Below, one piece after another: positions 33,277-44,991 of a stretch of 64,000 nt of DNA (its first letter is position 1; each line of letters opens with the position of its first letter). Below the pieces are notes generated by a model. The model saw nothing but the letters and a program-made list of their open reading frames with translations, had not been told where the DNA came from and did no database searches. This DNA comes from an uncultured Nitrospinota bacterium (lineage in GTDB: Bacteria > Tectomicrobia > Entotheonellia > J063 > CAVPRW01): assembly GCA_963707985.1 (NCBI GenBank), contig CAVPRW010000031.1, positions 352,001-416,000 of the forward strand, read 5' to 3'. The position numbers and the translations under genes were made by a program.

Positions 33277-33987
33277 TCATGTGGTTTTCGACTCCGTCGG
33301 CTGGATCCCCTCAGCCAGCTTCAGCCCCACTAATTGCGCCACGATTACCGCGATGTAAAACTGTCCGAACATAGCCTCCATCCAGGTGAGCGATGTGGCG
33401 GGAGGCCTGATCGGCGTGATGTCGCCATAGCCCATGGTGGTCAGCGTCATGAGGCTGTAGTAATCGAACAACGATTGCCGCGAATACCAACCGCCCAGCT
33501 GGCCTGCAATGCTCTGGTGCACGCTGAAAGAGCCGGGTACGAGCAGCTCGACGAGCAAGTAGAGGCTGCCCCAGGCGGTGCCTGCCAGCAGATAGCCGCA
33601 GATGGCGCCAATGACCTCGTCACCCCTGACCACTTTCCGCTCGAAAATGCGACGCAGGATCACCCCGGCCGCAAAACCAAGGAGCGCGGCGAGGAAGGCA
33701 TGATGGATCACCGCCAGGGCCGGCTCGAACCTCTCCGGCAAGGCGTAATGCGCCCAGTTACTGGCCATGACCGGCAAGCCGATCAGCACGGATACGAGTC
33801 GCACATAGGTGCGCTGGAAGACGATGAAGAGGACGGTGAATACGAGCAAGTTGCGCAAAGCTTCCGAGATCACCAAACCTCCCAGGAACCCATGGGCCAA
33901 CGGTTGCATCACGATTGTGGCCACCATGGTCAGCAACAACACCAAGTATTTTCGCTTCTCAAGTCTGTTCGAGAAGGCGTTCTTCAT
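33277..33987 (-). CDS. Potassium channel family protein, copy 1
   Basis: TLTTMGYGD selectivity filter, EAMFGQFYIA, several TM segments. Confidence 0.88.
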   Translation of the reverse strand: MKNAFSNRLEKRKYLVLLLTMVATIVMQPLAHGFLGGLVISEALRNLLVFTVLFIVFQRTYVRLVSVLIGLPVMASNWAHYALPERFEPALAVIHHAFLAALLGFAAGVILRRIFERKVVRGDEVIGAICGYLLAGTAWGSLYLLVELLVPGSFSVHQSIAGQLGGWYSRQSLFDYYSLMTLTTMGYGDITPIRPPATSLTWMEAMFGQFYIAVIVAQLVGLKLAEGIQPTESKTT

Positions 33988-34347
33988 CGGCTTCCCCTCG
34001 TGCCAGAGCCCTATCCGTTGAATGCAGCCACCATGTGTGGGGTACCAACGATCGCTGCTCCATCTCCGGCCCATGCCAGTCCAGTGCACATGGAACACGC
34101 GTTGCTAGACATCCCGAGGATGCCGTCGGCCCAGCATTGGCAGTAGTAGTCAGCGATCCGGCGATCGAAATCGTGAGTCCCATCCTCAAAGAGCGAGAAC
34201 CTATGCTGCAGCCGGCGGGCCAACCTTAGGAGGCCTGAAAAAAGGCCATGGGTTTGGGCGGAGGGGAAGGCTTCAAAGAGGATAGCGCCGATGCACCACT
34301 GGCCAATGATGGTTTGGATTGCTGAAGCATGGACGAATGGCCCTGTC

Positions 34348-35187
34348 TCAGAACTGGATCGTCAACCCCAGGATCGGGCCATGCATGGTCATATCCCAGC
34401 GGAAGAGATCTCCATTGTTACGCGTGTCATAGTTCTGCGACAGGGTACGATACCCAGCGTGGGCGATGGCCGCATGTCCGAACATCTGAAAGCGATACCC
34501 GAGTAGGCCCAGAATAGAGTAGGTAAAATGCGATCCCACGCCGAAGCCGCCGATGTCCCCCCCAACCAGGAGTTGGAAGCGTTTGAACAGATCCACGGTG
34601 AAGCGGCTGCCGAGTATGGGATCCACCCATAGCTGCCATTTGGAGATATCCAGGCTAATCGGGGGGATCAAGTCCGGCCGGTCAGGAGGTGGTGCCCTGT
34701 TGACACCGAGATCGACATCGAGATAGGTCAGGCGACCACCGGCATAGAGATCAATCGCCAGTCGAGGCTCGCCCTTCGCCATGAAGTCGCTGCTGCCAAG
34801 GTCAAGCGACCACTCCCCCAGGTGATACAGCCCCCCCAGCTCCATCAGGGCCAGTTGCATCTCCAACCGTAGGGTGGTCCGGCCCGCGGGAATCCCATCC
34901 GCCCCGAGCTTCGTCCACAGCCCATCGAAGAAGCCCCCCCATGGACCATATCTCGCCTCGAAATGCCCCTCCAATCCGATCACCGATTCCGTGTCTTGCA
35001 GAATATCGATGAAGCTGGCATCTACCGCTGCGGTAATGCCCCGCAGTCCTACCTGACCCTCGAGGCCAGTCATCCAGACATACGGCGTGAGACTGAACTT
35101 CCAGCCTTCGGCAGCGGGCTCATCGGCCTTCGTTGGGGGAGGGAGGACTACGATGATGAGCCACGCAGCCAGCCAGGATATGCGCAT
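34348..35187 (-). CDS. Putative outer-membrane beta-barrel protein
   Basis: Signal peptide, WKFSLTPYVW, WVDPILG, GDIGGFG, GPILG, terminal Phe. Confidence 0.7.
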   Translation of the reverse strand: MRISWLAAWLIIVVLPPPTKADEPAAEGWKFSLTPYVWMTGLEGQVGLRGITAAVDASFIDILQDTESVIGLEGHFEARYGPWGGFFDGLWTKLGADGIPAGRTTLRLEMQLALMELGGLYHLGEWSLDLGSSDFMAKGEPRLAIDLYAGGRLTYLDVDLGVNRAPPPDRPDLIPPISLDISKWQLWVDPILGSRFTVDLFKRFQLLVGGDIGGFGVGSHFTYSILGLLGYRFQMFGHAAIAHAGYRTLSQNYDTRNNGDLFRWDMTMHGPILGLTIQF

Positions 35188-35378
35188 GCATAGACGCCAA
35201 CGAGGCAGGATGCCGAGAGTCACGGAACCTCCGTAGACTGGTCGCGACAGCGTGCCCCTGGTGGTGAGCGGTGAAAGCATCCACGGTCTCCTCGTTCAAG
35301 TTGAGGACATCGCTCTTGGAGTGGCAGATTCGGCGTGTCATGTCCACCGTGATGCCCCCGCCGGCCGTGTGGAGATAG

Positions 35379-38253
35379 CTATGGCAAGGCGAGTGCATCG
35401 CGGAAATCGTCTCCCTGGGAGCGGAAGGTCACGGTCCGGCCGTCGATCGAATTCAGGAAGACGATCAGGTCCGCTTGCTGTTGAGCCGTCAGCGTCGTCG
35501 GCAATGGTCCCGCTCCCCAACCTATGCAGCGGGAAGACCGCGCTGAGCGTCTGGGCTTCGCCGTTGTGCAAGTAGGGCGCATGCGAGCCTACCCCTAACA
35601 GCGACGGCACGTTAAAGCCCAAGCTACCCAAGGCCAACTGGCCAGATGTAGCGCCCGCTCCACGGATTTCGAGCGGGTCGGTGGCATCGAAGGTGCCCAC
35701 GTCTTCCAGATAGTTGAGCGTGAGCCCTGACAGGGTGAACGACACGATCTGCGCCCCGGCATTGGTGACTCCGGGGTCGAGCGGGACGCCGCCCGCGGCG
35801 GGATCTTGGGTAAAGGCCGGATTGTCGCGGTAGAAGATCTCGCTCTTGGTCCACTTCTGTCCGCCGTGGCAGGAGGCACACGTGGTGCCAAAGATCGTCT
35901 GTCCCCGACCGAGTGCCGCCGTACTACTGGGCGGAGGCCGCAGCAGTGCACGCACGGTTTGCACCCACAGCGTCTGGGCGTCGAGCGCGTCGCTCGCGCC
36001 CTGCGTGATACCGTGGTCGTAGATGTTCGGGTTGGCTGGCGTCGTAGCCCCCAACGTGGGACACGCACCGGGCGAGGCGAACGCGTCGCTGGCAAAGCCA
36101 CAGCCTCCCTGGACGTTGCGTGCGTTGTTGTTGAAGTCGGTGTTACTGCCACGCGCCGCACTCCAGAGCACGATCTTCTGGTCGTCCGGGTTGTCCTTGG
36201 CGAAAAAGGCGTCGAGCGGCAGCGTTTGACGCGGGCCAGCGGGGAAGAGCCAGGTCACACCGTCCGAGAGCCCATCGGGATGGCAGGAGGCACAACTGCT
36301 CCAGGCATTGTTCGAGGCCTTCCCGCGGTTGGCCAGCGGGACGATGTCACGGATGGGGGTTCCGAAGATGCCATTATCCGGGAGGCCCAGGGCCGTGAAG
36401 AACGCCAGCTTGCCGAGGAGGACGGCATGCGCAAAAGTGCCGGGCGTAGGGGGCTCGCCGGCGGGGATGTCGCGGGTCAGCACGGTATTTGCCAGCAGAT
36501 CGATGGCGGTGATGGATACATTGGCCTCGTTGTTGGCGTAGGCACGCCTCGCATCCTTGCTGATGACCACCCCATTCGGCAGGTTGCCGGTCTGAAAACG
36601 CACGACGTTGGGCGCCCCGAGGCTCAGCTTCCCGTTGGCGTCAAGGCTCGCCCGCACGACGTAGTTGCCACCCCGGCTGACGACCAGGAAGGCACCTCCA
36701 GGGAAGCCCCGGATGTCGCGGGCGTTGGCATCGATGGCCACCAGGTCATTCCCAAATAAGCGGCCGAGGCTACCGGTCGGGTTGGCGGGCGGGACCTCGG
36801 TCTTGATGTCGTTGTTCAGATTGACATGCAACGCCGTCTGCTCCACCAGTCCAGTGGTGTCCACCACATGGACGAGGGCCTGCACATTGACGGTAAATTG
36901 TACCGGAGGCTCGGGGGCCGCACCGATGCTGGGCAGAAAGAGGCGATTACCGAAAATCACTGCTGATAAGAGCTGGTTTGGGAAGGCGCCCTGTGGGACC
37001 TGCGTAATCGTGGGACTCCCTGGCGGGGCCGCCAGATTGGGGCAGAAGATGGTGCTGTGGAGCAGCGACGGATTTGGGCTCGTCTGCAGGCAGAAAGCGG
37101 TGCGATCGGCCGTAAAGCCAGCGTTTGCCAGTGGGGACAGGGTAATACGCGTGATAGCGCCGGGGTTGGCCACCGGAAACGTCTGGACGACGCCGCGTTT
37201 CCCAGTATCAAATCCCTCGCCGGGTCCGCCGGGGATGAGCTCGGCAAAGAACTGGGTCACGAAGACGCGCTCATCCTGATCGTCGGCATCGCCGTTGTTC
37301 GTGATCGCCACCGCCATGGGATTCCCCCCAACAGGCACGGTGCCGATGACCGATCGCGCCAGAGGGTCGATGATGGAGACCGTGCCAGCCGTATGGTTGG
37401 CGACAAACAGTCGCGTGCCGTTCGGCGTGATCGCCAAGCCCCGAGGCTCGGTGCCAACGGGGATCTGCGCGACGACCCTGAAGGCATCTGAGCCGAGAAG
37501 GGAGACGACCGCGACCGTGCTGTCCAGTGCATTGGTGACGTAGGCTTCCTGATCGTCTGGGCTGAGGGCCACGAAGCGAGGCTCATTGCCGACGGCCACC
37601 TCGGCGAGAAGTTTAGCCGTATCAAGGCCATTCTGGTCGCGCACCTCGATCACAGACAGGCTCTGCGTCTCCCGATTGACAAGGACGGCGCGGCGATCAT
37701 CGGAGGTCAGGGCGATGGTGGTCGAGCGGCTCGGGGCGGTGAGCCGCTGCAGGACGGGAAGGACATTCACGGTGACCGTCCCGGTGTCCGTGCCGTCTCT
37801 CCCGTCGCCGATGGTGTAGGCGAAGCTATCGGTGCCGTTGAAGCGAGCATCGGGGGTGTACGTGAGGGTGTTGTCGGGGTTGATGCGCACGGTCCCATGG
37901 CGAGGTTCAACGAGGGACACCACGTTGAGCAGGTCCCCATCGGCATCACGATCATTGGCAAGCACTTTGACCACGATCGGTTCGTCTTCATTGGTGGTAA
38001 TCGTGAGATCCTGAGCGACCGGTTCATGCCTCGCCGGAGGTGTCTGTCCTCCAACCTCGGGCACGTTGCTGCCCCCTCCATCCCCACCGCAGCCGGCCAG
38101 GGCCAGGAGGAGACTCCCCACGGCGATGGCACCAGTGAGGATGGCGCTGGCCTGCCCCTTCCACCCGCTCCGAGATGGTCTGTCTTGGGGCTTGACCGGG
38201 CTGGAGAGCCATTGACAGGGGTGATGGAAAACCGTCTTCCACAGGTCGATCAT
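35379..38253 (-). CDS. Lipoprotein with cadherin/Ig-like domain, YVTN beta-propeller and two c-type hemes (frameshift near 35500)
   Basis: LAGC lipobox, VLANDRDADGD...YTP, YVTN repeats, CASCH twice, PSLLGV...PYLHNG motif of di-heme peroxidase-like proteins. Confidence 0.8.
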
Positions 38254-38504
38254 GGGTCTACTTCCACGCTGATGAGCTGCTGCTGTGCTGCACACCATAG
38301 CTCCCTCGCTTCGTGCGCCCGAGCCGATGAGCTTGCGACCGCCCGCCGTCGGGTCAGCGCCATCCAGGCCCTGTGTTCGTGGTTGCTCCATGCGCTCTAT
38401 ATTACGGTGTAGGGTCGATCTCCCCTCCTTAAAAATCGCCGCATTCTATAACTCTTTCCAATCCCTTTCCAAGCAATTTCAGCGGCGATACCTTTGCGAC
38501 GCCT

Positions 38505-39412
38505 TCATTGGAGCCGCTTCAGTGTGCCCTGTTTCGGGCCAGGGAGCGCGGTTCCACCCACAGTTAGGTCTTGAGATTGCCAGGTGAGGGTCTCTTCATC
38601 GACTGGCGTGATGATATTGGTCGCGGACACCTGCTTGCCATCTCGCAGGGTAAACGTGGTCTTGATCATCCACTGGTTTCCATCCTTAGTCCAGATCCCT
38701 TCGCCGAAGCCACCACTCAGCTCAAAACTCCATGAACGGATCTGCTGTGCTACGGGATCCCAACCAATCCACTGGGTGGCGCTACTGACGGGGATACCTT
38801 TCAGCGTGGTGGTTAAGGAGGCCACAATGAAATTCTGCTGTTCAGCCCAGGCAAAGGACATTCGAGCCCCCTCGGCCGTGTCGCCCGTGTCCCGCCAGTC
38901 ACCGATCAACCACTCAAGCTCTTGCAGGTAGTCGTACTGCGAGGGGGGAACAAAGACGGCTTCGCGCACGCTGGCCAAGCGCCACTGCCCGTCCTGTTTG
39001 ACGTGGATCACGGTGTAGCGTGCGCGACTCGGCGGCCCACTGTCGGTAGGCAGCAGGTCTGTGGTCCCGTCCTCGATGGCGACATCCGGCGTCAGCAGGC
39101 GGAGGGAAGTGACGGTGATGTCCAACTTCAGGCCCGGGTGTGCGAGAAGAGCTGCTGATAGGCGTGCTCAATGGCCTGACGTCCCTGCAGATGGTGACCG
39201 CCTTGATCCAGGTAATCGCCATCGGGTGTCCAACAGGCCGCCAGGGCGGTGGCATCGCCTGCGTTGAACGCCGCCATAAACACCTCGGCACGCGCCCGCA
39301 GGGCGGTCTCTTCCTGGGAGGTGGCTTGCACCTCTGCGGACCACCCAGGCTGAACCAGGCCATTGACCAGCAACGCTATGACTACCAGGAACCACGACAA
39401 CCGCGTTTTCAT
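38505..39412 (-). CDS. NTF2-like (SgcJ/EcaC/DUF4440) secreted protein (frameshift near 39135)
   Basis: AFNAGDA, GRQAI, TPDVAIEDG, LEWLIGDW, IGWDP...IRSW. Confidence 0.75.
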
Positions 39413-39600
39413 GCACTGCTCCTTTCCTAAGACAACGGACTATGTGCGGGGACGCACAGCCGCCTCTCCCGGCAGACTTTCCGCACCACGCCTGGCATCA
39501 CGGCCGCGTGGCAGGCGATGACACGGTCTAGCGCGCGCACCCGGCGGATCTTCCGTCACTCGTGGTCGATTGTCCCTTCTTGCGCCGGAGGATCCACGCA

Positions 39601-40107
39601 TCAAAAATCTCTGAGCGTGACTGTGAAATCATCTCTGAGCAGTCGCACGTCGAACATGTCCGTCATACCTAAGTGCCCCGGCACAAATCGCCCGGTGATG
39701 CGCATGATGACACCATTCTCGTTCTGGTACACGCGACTGCGGTCAGAGCCCCCCACGGCGCTCGTCACCGCAGGCGTCGCTTTGCGATAACTACCGGCGA
39801 AGTCCGCCACCTCCTCGAGGTGGTAAACGTTGCCATAGATGGTAACCTGCTGGCCGCTGCGAGCAAACCGATCGTTCCACTGGTTGAGTGTTAACGCTTC
39901 CACTGTAAACCTATAATTCATATGGTTGTCGCCAAGCCGGCCATCGCCCCAACTGAGCCCCATCCCCGGGGAAATCGATGTCGTCGTCACCTGAAAGCGC
40001 GCGTCAGGCTTTGGCCCGGCGTCTTCGGGTGCTGCTGATTGCTGGGGCATAGCACAGCCCGCCACCAACACCAGGGCCAACAGTGCAAACACTAGCCTCG
40101 TTCTCAT
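39601..40107 (-). CDS. Hypothetical lipoprotein
   Basis: LVAGC lipobox, SWGDG, GNVYHL...DFAGSY, NENGV. GGAGG SD. Confidence 0.65.
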   Translation of the reverse strand: MRTRLVFALLALVLVAGCAMPQQSAAPEDAGPKPDARFQVTTTSISPGMGLSWGDGRLGDNHMNYRFTVEALTLNQWNDRFARSGQQVTIYGNVYHLEEVADFAGSYRKATPAVTSAVGGSDRSRVYQNENGVIMRITGRFVPGHLGMTDMFDVRLLRDDFTVTLRDF

Positions 40108-40165
40108 CGCATCCTCCAATTGTTCTCCGATGGGTTACCCACTGTCCTCCTGTACAAAGTCATAG

Positions 40166-40530
40166 TTATAGCAAGATCAAGGCGATCGTGCGAGACGGGT
40201 TCGCCGCGGGGCCACCATCGAAGCTGTCGCCGAGCGGCAGTTGCAGGTTGATGCGATTGGTTACTGGGACGTTGCGGATCTTGACGAACTCTGCCGGGCT
40301 GGCGAGTTGGGCTATCTGCACCTGGAGCACGGACACCAGGTCGATGGCGCCGGCCTGGTACGTGATGGTGGCGATCCGCACCGCCTTGGTGCGATCGTTG
40401 AGGGTATCCTCATGGGACTAAAAGCGCTCCGTCAGGAGGGTCTCGTTGGCCAACGCCCTCTCCACCTTGTGGAAGGCCTGCAGGACGACGCTCCCATACG
40501 CTGCGAGCGCATGCTCCTGCTGCGTTGTGA
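40166..40530 (-). pseudogene. TolC/NodT-type efflux outer-membrane protein C-terminal remnant
   Basis: YGSVVLQAFHKVERAL, YQAGAIDLVSVL, NRINL. Confidence 0.65.
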
Positions 40531-40673
40531 AGATGAGGAGCAGGTGCAGTATGAACAAATGTGCCACGCCCCAGTGATGCTCAGCGTGACCACTGTCAGA
40601 TTGAAAAAGGTGAGGTGAATGCGAAGACAAAGATAGCGGCGATGAGCAGCGCCGCAACCATACCGACTGCCTC

Positions 40674-42372
40674 CTGAAGTTCCAACATAACGGTTAGCCG
40701 CGTGATGTGAGCCTCTAATTGACCAAGACCTGCTGGAGGTTGCCGATTTCAGGCGGGACATCTTTGAGCTTGACTCCTAACAGGCGTGAGGACTCGGCGA
40801 GATGAAAAAGGCCATAATAGCCCTGCGCCAACACGATGACCAGTGCGCGCGTCTGCTCCAAATGCTGGCGCCGCCAGCGTTGCCAGCCGACAGGCTCTCC
40901 CCCCCCTGGCCTCGCGCTCACACTCCCGCCGATACGCGGTGGCCAGGGCGAACCTCAGCATCGTGCACAGCACCTGGACCCGCACCGCCCGGTCGGTTTT
41001 TGGGGGCGGAGGGCCTAGGTCCCACTGTGGCTTGGCCTCTGTGATGCAGCAGGTCTCGCTGAGGCGGCGAGCGTCATCGTCATCAACGGGCTGCCGCGGC
41101 TTGGCCACCGACGCATGAGTCAAGAAGACGGTTGTGCCTCCTGGACCGTGCTCCTTGCCCCGCCACTTCCGTACCACCACCGCGTTGATGGGGTTGGGCT
41201 GACCGTCACGGCGATGCTGCTGCCGCCCAGGCGCTGGGCTCCCGTAGTGGTCATCGGTCGTCAGGCCGATGATCCCGACCCCCTCGGTTTCCCGCCGCTC
41301 GCTCCAGGCCCCTTGGCCTTGGCCATGGCGCCCGGTGTGTACGCGGCGGCCACCCGTGCGATCTTCTCCCGCCGCCGCTTGGGCGCGGGCGTCCGCCGTC
41401 ACCGCCAGGTGTGTTTTCGCGGGCACGACCACGTGGATGCCCTGCTGGTCGAGCCACCACACGGTGGTGCCATCCAAAAAGCCCTTATCAAAGACCACCG
41501 TGTGCAGCCGGGCGTAGCCGGCCACATGCATCCGCGCTTACGTGACCAAGGCTCGGGCCCAAAGCGCCTCATGCTCTTGAATCTGCCCCACTTTGACCGC
41601 CAATGGAATCTTGGTGGCGGCATCGATCAAGAGGAACCCTGTCCAGCCGTAGACCGTGACCTCGATCGCGTGTACCTGGCCTCGTCTATCTTCGAGGCAC
41701 ACCGTGCGGGTGACCTGGCCACAGCCCGTGTAGGGCTCCGTCGTCTCCAGATCCGTGCCATCCGCAAGGCCGGTGACCTTGGTGCCCAAGACCCTCGCCT
41801 GGGCCAGGGCCCGAATGGCCCCATTCACTACCATCTCCAGATCCCGCAGGTGCCATTGCACGATGGTCTGGGCCAACGTGTCCGGGCCGAGCGGTCCTGG
41901 GAGCCGCTCGCCCTGCCGCACGTGCTGGGCCTTGCAGCCCACCCACAGCATCACGGCCTCATCACTGCACAGCAAGCGGGGCAGGGCCTTGCGGCGTTGA
42001 ATCCCCAACACGGGCTTCATCCCATAGCGCAGGACAGACTGCCCGACGGGAAGCAGCTCGCGGTGGATGGCGGCCCCGTGGACTTCCTCCAGCAGCGCCA
42101 TCACGCCGAGGGCCTGCAGGAAGTGAAAAAAGCCATCCAGCAACGCGCCTTCATCGAGCCGATACACCCCATCGACCAGGTGTTTGCGGTACAGACGGCG
42201 CGCCACCCGCGAATCCTCGCGCCGGGCGCTCTCCCAGCACCACCGCTCCGCCAGGTTCTGTGTGATCTCGTCGGGTCTTGGTCCCATGGTCCACCCGCCT
42301 CCCTTGCATGTGCCCCATCTAGAGAGGCAAGGGGACCGGCGATCAAGATCTCGGCCTATGTTGGAACTTCAG
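40674..42372 (-). mobile_element. Degenerate DDE insertion sequence, 1.7 kb
   Basis: Perfect 16-bp IRs ctgaagttccaacata (40674-40689) / tatgttggaacttcag (42357-42372). Transposase pieces with DGTD and FDKGFLDG in ORFs 41538-42287 and 40749-41531. No target duplication. Confidence 0.85.
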
Positions 42373-42477
42373 AACACGTTGACATCACAAGCCGATTGTG
42401 AAGGGCTCAGGGCGTTATCACGAAAATCGATGGAATGTGATACGCTCATGAGTGCGGGTTCACAGGGCTGATGGACA

Positions 42478-43512
42478 GTGACCCAGGTCTCCCAGGCGTT
42501 CAGCATGGGCTCGGATCACCCTGTACCTGGCATACCTATCGGCATGGCTCAACCAGAGGACACACGGTGGCCAACCAGCGTCAGCACCGCGGCAGCCACT
42601 CAACCGGACCCAGCGAAGAACCATGCAGGACGCCGAGGGATCCTCCTCGCGGCTGCCGCGGCGGCGTTCGTGTTCCTTGGCGTGGTTGCCGTCGCGCTGA
42701 CCAATGCGTTCGTCAACTACACCAGCACCGACAGCTTTTGCGGCACGACCTGCCACTCGATGACCTGGGCTGCCAAGACCTACAAGCGGTCACCGCACTT
42801 CGACAATAGGTATGGCGTGCGCGTCACCTGCGGCGATTGCCACATCCCGTATGATTCGAACCACCCTAGCCCTCTGCAATACGTCGGCTTGCTCCTGTTC
42901 AAGGCCGATCGCGGCGCGAAGGATGTGTGGGGCGAGCTCACGAGGCGCATTCGTACCGAAGAAGACTGGGAGAAACGCCGCCCGCAGCTGGTCGCGACGG
43001 TCGAAACCTTTCTGAAGACGCACGACTCCATCACGTGTCGCGGCTGTCACACCCTTGAGGCGTTCTCCGGTCCACGCAATGCCATGAGGCAGCTCGTGCA
43101 TCGGGGCGTCATCACGGCAGACGCGGTCGAATGCTTGACGTGCCATGCCGGTATCGGTCATGTCGTCGAAGGCGCGAACACGTCGAGTGGCGGATGGTAC
43201 ACCCCGCAGCAGGCCGCAGACGGAGCCCTGGTCTATGCACGGGCCTGCTCCATGTGCCATGGCGCTGGGTTGCATGGGGCTGGGGGTCCCGCGCTCGTCG
43301 GTCAACCATTCTGGCAAGCGTATGGCGGTCAAAGGGTCTCGACGCTCTGGTCGGCTGTGCACACGCAGATGCCCATGGCCGCACCGGGCTCCGTTCCGGT
43401 GAAAGACTCGATCGACATCATGGCGTTCCTCTTGCAGCAAAATGGCGTGACCTCTGGCGCGACACCACTCGACGATACGGTGGACTTGACGAAGGTGCTG
43501 CCGCCTCAATAG
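42478..43512 (+). CDS. NapC/NirT tetraheme domain fused to a monoheme cytochrome c (TorC-like pentaheme)
   Basis: TM anchor, then CGTTCH, CGDCH, CRGCH, CLTCH, CSMCH and a distal QMP. True start may be 42505 or 42544. Confidence 0.85.
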   Translation: MTQVSQAFSMGSDHPVPGIPIGMAQPEDTRWPTSVSTAAATQPDPAKNHAGRRGILLAAAAAAFVFLGVVAVALTNAFVNYTSTDSFCGTTCHSMTWAAKTYKRSPHFDNRYGVRVTCGDCHIPYDSNHPSPLQYVGLLLFKADRGAKDVWGELTRRIRTEEDWEKRRPQLVATVETFLKTHDSITCRGCHTLEAFSGPRNAMRQLVHRGVITADAVECLTCHAGIGHVVEGANTSSGGWYTPQQAADGALVYARACSMCHGAGLHGAGGPALVGQPFWQAYGGQRVSTLWSAVHTQMPMAAPGSVPVKDSIDIMAFLLQQNGVTSGATPLDDTVDLTKVLPPQ

Positions 43513-43531
43513 GTGGTTGGGTCAGAGGGTG

Positions 43532-44391
43532 GCACGCCGGTACAAGCGTGAAGCATAAAGGGTGAAAGTCGCTCGACCCCAATGGTCCATTCGGGGGTCT
43601 AGCAGAAGGTCGGGCTGATGAAGTGATTCATCGGCTCAAGTGACCTGGCATCGTCTCTGCCAAGCAGCGGGCTGCAACACGGCCCAGTGAGAGCGAAGCT
43701 CTGCGACACGAGGTCGCTTTAAGAAGTTGTTCCCCCGCTCGCGGACGGTAAGTTGATCATCAAACCAGCAAAAGCGAACGTCAACGCCTTGCTGGCCAAG
43801 GTGCGAGAGGTGATTCAGTCCAACCCGACGGCGAAAACGGTGAAGCTGATCCAGCACCTGAATCCGATCATTCGGGGGTGGGCCAATTACCACTGCCACG
43901 TCGTGGCGAAGAAGACCTTTCAACGAGTCGATACCTGCATCTATCTCGCCCTGCAACGCTGGATTAAGCGAAGACATCCGAATAAGAAGGCCCGCTGGCG
44001 GCGACAGCGTTACTTTCGCAGCCAAGGCTTTCGTCAGTGGATCTTTTCGACCAACGTCCGGCAGGAAGATAGTAGCACCGGCTACCTTGACCGCTTCAAG
44101 GCCAGCAGTGTTGCGATCAGACGGCACATCAAACTCAAAGCGGAGGCAACCCCCTACGATCCCCAAGTATACCGAGTATCTTGACCGCCGCAAGCGCTCA
44201 AGGCCAGTCAAGGTGTCAGCGTGGGATAACGGCGCGCTTGCTCCTTGAGGGGACGTGACTTCAGGCGATTCAGTGAACAGAATAGCTGGGTCGAGCGATC
44301 GGCCTTAGAAAGGCTTGAGCGGGGTGAGGGGAAACTTTCATGCACCGTCCTTAGGGGGGCACGGCACAGCAATGTGTCGTGCCTACCCGGC
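43532..44391 (+). mobile_element. Group II intron, internally deleted (no RT)
   Basis: Domain V gagcggggtgaggggaaactttcatgcaccgtcc (from 44317), domain VI hairpin ending ctacccggc. 5' end is degenerate (gcacgccgg...gggtgaaagtc) and approximate. Confidence 0.8.
43753..44184 (+). pseudogene. Group II intron maturase (X) domain remnant
   Basis: LIQHLNPIIRGWANYH, WIKRRHPNK, RHIKLK...PYDP. No YADD. Confidence 0.85.
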
Positions 44392-44437
44392 GCCATAGAC
44401 GGCAAAGTGATCGGTTGTGTTGCAAAAACTCATAGGA

Positions 44438-44794
44438 GGGGTACTAAACACATCCAACCGAAAACCTCCGTCAAGCTCTGTCAGCCCGGCGACTGACAGG
44501 AGGCCATCCGCACATTCCGCTGTCATTCCCGCCGGAATCACCGTAAGAGAGAAACGGTGTAGAATATCGTTACTGCGTAGTTTGCCACGGTTTGGGAAGG
44601 CTCCGAGGGTACTTTCACGGCGAAAACAAGGCCGGAGCGCGTGGTCATTTGGCCATCACGCAGTCTTGCCATATAAGGCCAGCGACGTGACTCGGGCAAA
44701 TCGTCACCTCGTCTCGTTGCCAGTTCTTAACTAATTGAAAATAAAAGTTATGAGCGTTTAACGGAGGTTTTCGGTCCAATGTGGTTAATACCCC
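44438..44794. mobile_element. Tn3-family-derived MITE, 357 bp
   Basis: 38-bp IRs starting GGGG (31/38 match). 5-bp target duplication TAGGA at 44433-44437 and 44795-44799. Confidence 0.9.
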
Positions 44795-44799
44795 TAGGA

Positions 44800-44990
44800 G
44801 GGGTGTGAGTATGAACGGAACAGTTATGGAAAGCTTTCCATAACTGGGTTAGCGACAGCCAGTCTACCAAAACCTACGGTAACGAAAATCCCACAAGGTC
44901 ACGTGTGAGATATGTTGTTGTAAACATGGGAAAATCTGTGAAGATATCTCCTTTGCTCTCCGGCATGGGTTTTCTGAAACATGCCGGTGC
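44800..44990 (+). mobile_element. Possible second Tn3-like end plus AT-rich res-like region
   Basis: ggggtgtgagtatgaacggaa start and a perfect 26-bp palindrome at 44821-44846. Confidence 0.45.
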
Positions 44991-44991
44991 C

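Noticed and set aside
42379..42445. Palindromes tcacaa...ttgtga and atcac...gtgat upstream of the cytochrome as FNR/CRP sites
   Set aside because: Orientation and spacing do not match either consensus.
43532..44391. Retron, DGR or other RT-based defence system
   Set aside because: No RT domain is present, only maturase and intron RNA domains. The lipM and K+ channel repeats differ mostly at synonymous positions, not specifically at adenines as in a DGR.
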